Below, piece by piece: positions 60,401 through 64,000 of a stretch of 64,000 bases of DNA (positions within the stretch are counted from its first letter, which is position 1; every line of letters begins with the position of its first letter). Source of the DNA: Sminthopsis crassicaudata (Eukaryota); NCBI RefSeq assembly GCF_048593235.1, contig NC_133621.1, positions 304,987,146-305,051,145 on the forward strand. The letters run 5' to 3'. The position numbers and the translations under genes are program-made. The notes below the pieces were generated by a model. It did no database searches. It was not told the DNA's origin and saw only the letters and a program-made list of their open reading frames with translations.

Positions 60401-63093
60401 AGACCGAGACGTCCATGGGCATCTCCTCGGGCCGCTCCGCGTCTGGGGAGAGGAGAATGAGAAGGGCCGAGCTCGTGCTGGGGACGCCAGCCGGCCACGC
60501 CGCCCAGCCCTTCACCCTTCTGCAGTTGGGCCTTCGCAGCAAAGAGCTCACTCCGGGAGAAGGGGGCTCAAGGCAGAGGGTGACAGGGTAGGTGGAGGCC
60601 CTGCCCTCGTGGGTGCTCATCTATAAAATGGGTCCAGCTCAAACTACATGCCCTGATGCAGGGCCTATCGTGCCTGGGGGGAGCTCGGCACAAGCAGCCA
60701 GTCCATCTCCCAGGCTGACCGCACCCTGCTGGGGGCTCCCCGGCCATCCCGGCCTGCTCCCAGGCTCCAGCTGCCCCCTCTGTGCCATGGCCGGGATGCC
60801 CGCTTCACCTCCTGATGACCCTGATATCGGCCAGAGGGGTGCCCTGACGCCAAGACCTCAGCCCTCGCTTCTCAGTGGCCACTGGGAGGTTCCTTAGCTC
60901 TGAGTAGAAGCTGTTCCCTGCCTCCTGGCTCCAGACAGTAAGCTCTGGAAGGTGGGGGCTGCCCAGCCCCCAGCATGGAGTCTGGCACCCAGTAGGTGCT
61001 TAATAAATGGTTACTGGATGGAGAGAATAATCACTGCCCCTTGGCTTTTACTGTCTAAGACTCTCGTGCAGAACAATTCCCCCAATGCGAACAATTGGGT
61101 CCTGAGCCTGGGCAAGGGGTCACCAACTCCCCTCCCCCCAGTCTCCTTCTGGCCGTGACCCTCACCGGGCTGGGTCCTTGGCATGGTCTGCTCCATTGGG
61201 GACAGGCCTCCTGGCTCCAGCAGGAATGCACCGCTGGCGTGAGGGATGGAGGTGTTCATCCTGAAATCCTTGCGACTGGCCAGGACCTCCCCTCGGCGGC
61301 TGTGCTGGCAGACAACATGCTCTGAGAAGAGGGGTGGAGACCCATGTCCCACCTCAGGGGGGCCGCAGGCTCAGGGAGGCAGAGGCCCATGCCCTGCCTC
61401 AGGAGGCTGCAGGCTCAGGGCAGACACAGAACAGGACCCCCAGAGAGGCAGCGGAGTACTGGGGGTGGGGGCTGGGGTCCTGTACCTGTAGAGTGGGTTG
61501 CTCTTCTTCTCTTCTTCGTCAGGGGGCACCAGGGCCATGGGCACCAGGGGAATGACAGGCACGGCCTGTTGGGGGCACACAGAGTCACCGGATGTTGGAG
61601 GAGGGCTCCCCCAGAGCCCGGCCACCTCCCAGGCCCTCCCTCCCCTTCCCATCACCACCGCCCCCAAGATCTGCCCAAAGGACCAGGAGCATCGGGGAGA
61701 AGGCGCCACTTACGGTGGGAGACTGGTCATCCTTCAGGTCTATGTTTGTGCGGGGGTCAGGAAAGTCATCGAGGGACAGAAACTGTGGGGAGACAGAGGC
61801 AACAGCTAGCAGGAGCCGCGGTGCCCAGGGAAGGCCCCAGAGGCGGGAGCCGAGGGCACGTGGGCCCCGGGGAGCCTCACCTCTTCCTCGGGCTCAGGGC
61901 GCGTGCTGCAGCTATTGTCACCATCCTGCCCGTCGGGCTGCGCCGACGCCAGCTGCTTATTTCGCCTGGGAGGAGAGAGGCAAGCGGGCATGGGTCAGCT
62001 CTTCCCTGGCCATCAAGGTCGTGCAGCTATCAGAGCAGCCGGGGAGCTCCGGGGGGGCCTCCTCCCCAAGTGGCTGCCCCGCTGAAGGTGCCCGGTCTCC
62101 GCCCAGCCACCTGTCCTTCCAGATTTCCTGTTTGCTCATTGTTACCAAACCCCAATGGGGCAGAGCAGAGAAGGATCACTGGGGGCGTCTGTGGCACACA
62201 GCAGGCCCAGGTTCTCACGCTCTGCTGCGTGTCCCACCGCCCTTACTTTTTTCCTGAGATGAAATCCAGAGCCTGGTAGACCAGTGAGTAGAGGTACTCC
62301 ACCTGCCAAAAGGGGGGCACGGGCTGAGGAGAGCGGCCAACGGCAGCCCCCGGGCTTCCCTCCCAGCCAACCCAGCATGATGGCCGAGCGGAGCCGGTCC
62401 CAGCGCATCAGGAACCGGCACGGGGATCTGAGAGCGTGTGTACATGTGTCTGTGCCCTAGGGACACTTCCCCGGGAGGGCCCGTTTTGAGAGCCCCCCCC
62501 CCCAAGCATGGCCGCAGCCAGTGTGCCCCAGGGAATGAGCCGTGGGCAGCCCACAGGGGTGACACGATGGGCCTTGGACAAGGAGCTGGAGCTGCTGCCC
62601 TGGTAGGGGGCAAGCAAGAGCGTGCCCCACGGGTGCTACTCTCAAGAGGAGAACTGAGGGTATGGAGGGAAGGGAAGGCCGCTCTCTCAAAGGCAGGAAA
62701 CATCCCCTGTGCCATCACCACAAAGGGCTACCACGACTGGGCTCCAAAAAGGAGCCCGAGGAAACAAGGCCCACAGGCCAGCCCCCCAAACAGAGGGAAC
62801 ACGGCATGCACACTGCCTCCCCGCGGCCCCCGGGGGTCACGGCGTGCACGCTCTGCCTCCCCGCGGCCCCCGGGGGTCACGGCGTGCACGCTCTGCCTCC
62901 CCGCGGCCCCCGGGGGTCACGGCGTGCACGCTCTGCCTCCCCGCGGCCCCCGGGGGTCACAGTGTGCCCAATCAGTGCTTGGAGTGCTCACCTTTTTACT
63001 GTAGACACAGGCAGACCCCTGGATCAGCAGTGCAGCCTCGATGAAGTTCATGGTGGTTTTACCTTCATCAAAAGAAATGCAGATCTGGTCCAG
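57424..63093 (-). CDS. NCAPH2: Condensin-2 complex subunit H2 (kleisin), exons 2-20; exon 1 lies beyond the window
   Basis: Exons 5' to 3': 62992-63093, 62247-62302, 61881-61965, 61714-61782, 61486-61565, 61166-61299, 60347-60442, 60016-60113, 59538-59615, 59257-59323, 58975-59082, 58815-58865, 58662-58732, 58390-58483, 58253-58309, 58106-58158, 57918-58019, 57683-57832, 57424-57564; 1692 nt, in phase. Motifs [61 protein letters not shown] and [19 protein letters not shown]. One GC donor (59537) and two weak GT donors (60346, 58389) lower confidence in the middle exons. Confidence 0.93.
62801..62960. repeat. 40-bp CpG-rich VNTR (3.5 perfect units plus a degenerate half) in NCAPH2 intron 2
   Basis: Unit CCGCGGCCCCCGGGGGTCACGGCGTGCACGCTCTGCCTCC at 62821, 62861, 62901 and 62941 (half). 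Confidence 0.95.
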
Positions 63094-64000
63094 CTTCAGG
63101 ACATATGGGGAGGAAAAAAGGGAAGTGAGCAGGGCCTATCCTGACCACGCTCAATCCCACCTCCAGGCCTTTGCCTTTCTACCACTGGGCATACCCCCTC
63201 AGCCCATCTCCTGCCGGAATCCCGCCCAGGCTGGTTGAGTTGGAATGCAGTAGGGAACAAATAAGAGATCAAGGTCTGAAGGCAGGTAACAGAGCCACGC
63301 CCTCGGGCAGGCCTTTCCGGGTGGTACTTATGAAGCCCTCTCCTCCATTCACAGCCCCTGCCTACAGTGGGTGCCTCAAGCCTTACATCAGAACCTTCCA
63401 GACTGTCCTGGCCAACCAAGCTACTCCTGACCTGTCCAAATAAGGACAATTATCAGCCCCAAGCCCCTCCTTGGTCTCCGTTTCAAGACCCAAATCTCTG
63501 TTTTTTAAAGATTCATGTTTCTTACATCCACCGACAACCACTCGCACAAAGTGATACCGTGAGCCAGCCAACCAACAAACGGCAAGGGGCCAAACTCTCC
63601 CTTCTTAAAGCATTATCTTCCGTTGGTTGGGCTCTTGGCTCACCACTTCCAAGGTCCTTCTGTGGCTCGTGATAAGAGCTGGAACTTAGCTGGCCCTTTC
63701 TTGCTAGCGTATCCTTACATGGGTGAACTTTTTTGATCCTCAAAACAGCCCTGGGAGGCAAGTGCTATCGTCCCGTTAACAAGACGAAGAAACGGAGGCA
63801 CAGAAACACGAAGTCGGCTCCTGCCGCCAAGGCCAATCTTCTACCCAGGGCCCAGAAATCCTGCAAAGCTCAAACTGGAGCCAGAGCCCACTGCTTCCTA
63901 GTGCTGACTTCTCTGAGACTCAGTTTCCCCTTCTCCCCTCTGCCTCCTGACCTTTAAAACTCAGCCCCAGTCCCCCTTCTGCAGGGGGATAAGCCCAGGA

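Overview
Eukaryotic (marsupial) genomic DNA. WSINE1-type tRNA/CORE SINEs, Mar1, MIR, L2 and marsupial L1 3' ends point to an Australian marsupial, probably a dasyurid; the species cannot be fixed from sequence alone. The window is syntenic with human 22q13.33, in the order CPT1B (3' part, +), SYCE3 (+), KLHDC7B (-), ODF3B/CIMAP1B (+), TYMP (+), SCO2 (+), NCAPH2 (exons 2-20, -). I rebuilt all seven gene models by hand from splice sites, and exon phases are consistent. GC-rich gene islands alternate with AT-rich, retroelement-filled spacers (about 17.5-29.4 kb and 34.3-48.7 kb), and there are two assembly gaps. I see no prokaryote-style defence or mobile system, and nearly all short six-frame ORFs are GC or low-complexity artefacts. 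The most unusual observations are: (1) a 1598-aa KLHDC7B with an N-terminal membrane anchor and a ~1.3-kb coding 30-bp (10-aa Pro/Ser/Thr) minisatellite; (2) an extra intron splitting the TYMP N-terminus; (3) a GC-AG intron and a candidate in-frame alternative donor in NCAPH2; (4) a 40-bp CpG-rich VNTR made of palindromes that carry MRE cores; (5) a ~200-bp direct repeat flanking an L1 end inside unidentified decayed coding-like DNA; (6) a minisatellite amplified from a MIR tail; (7) a 1.05-kb polypurine repeat intron in ODF3B; (8) interlocked 3' ends in two convergent gene pairs. Gene identities rest on recalled similarity to human proteins; no database search was run.
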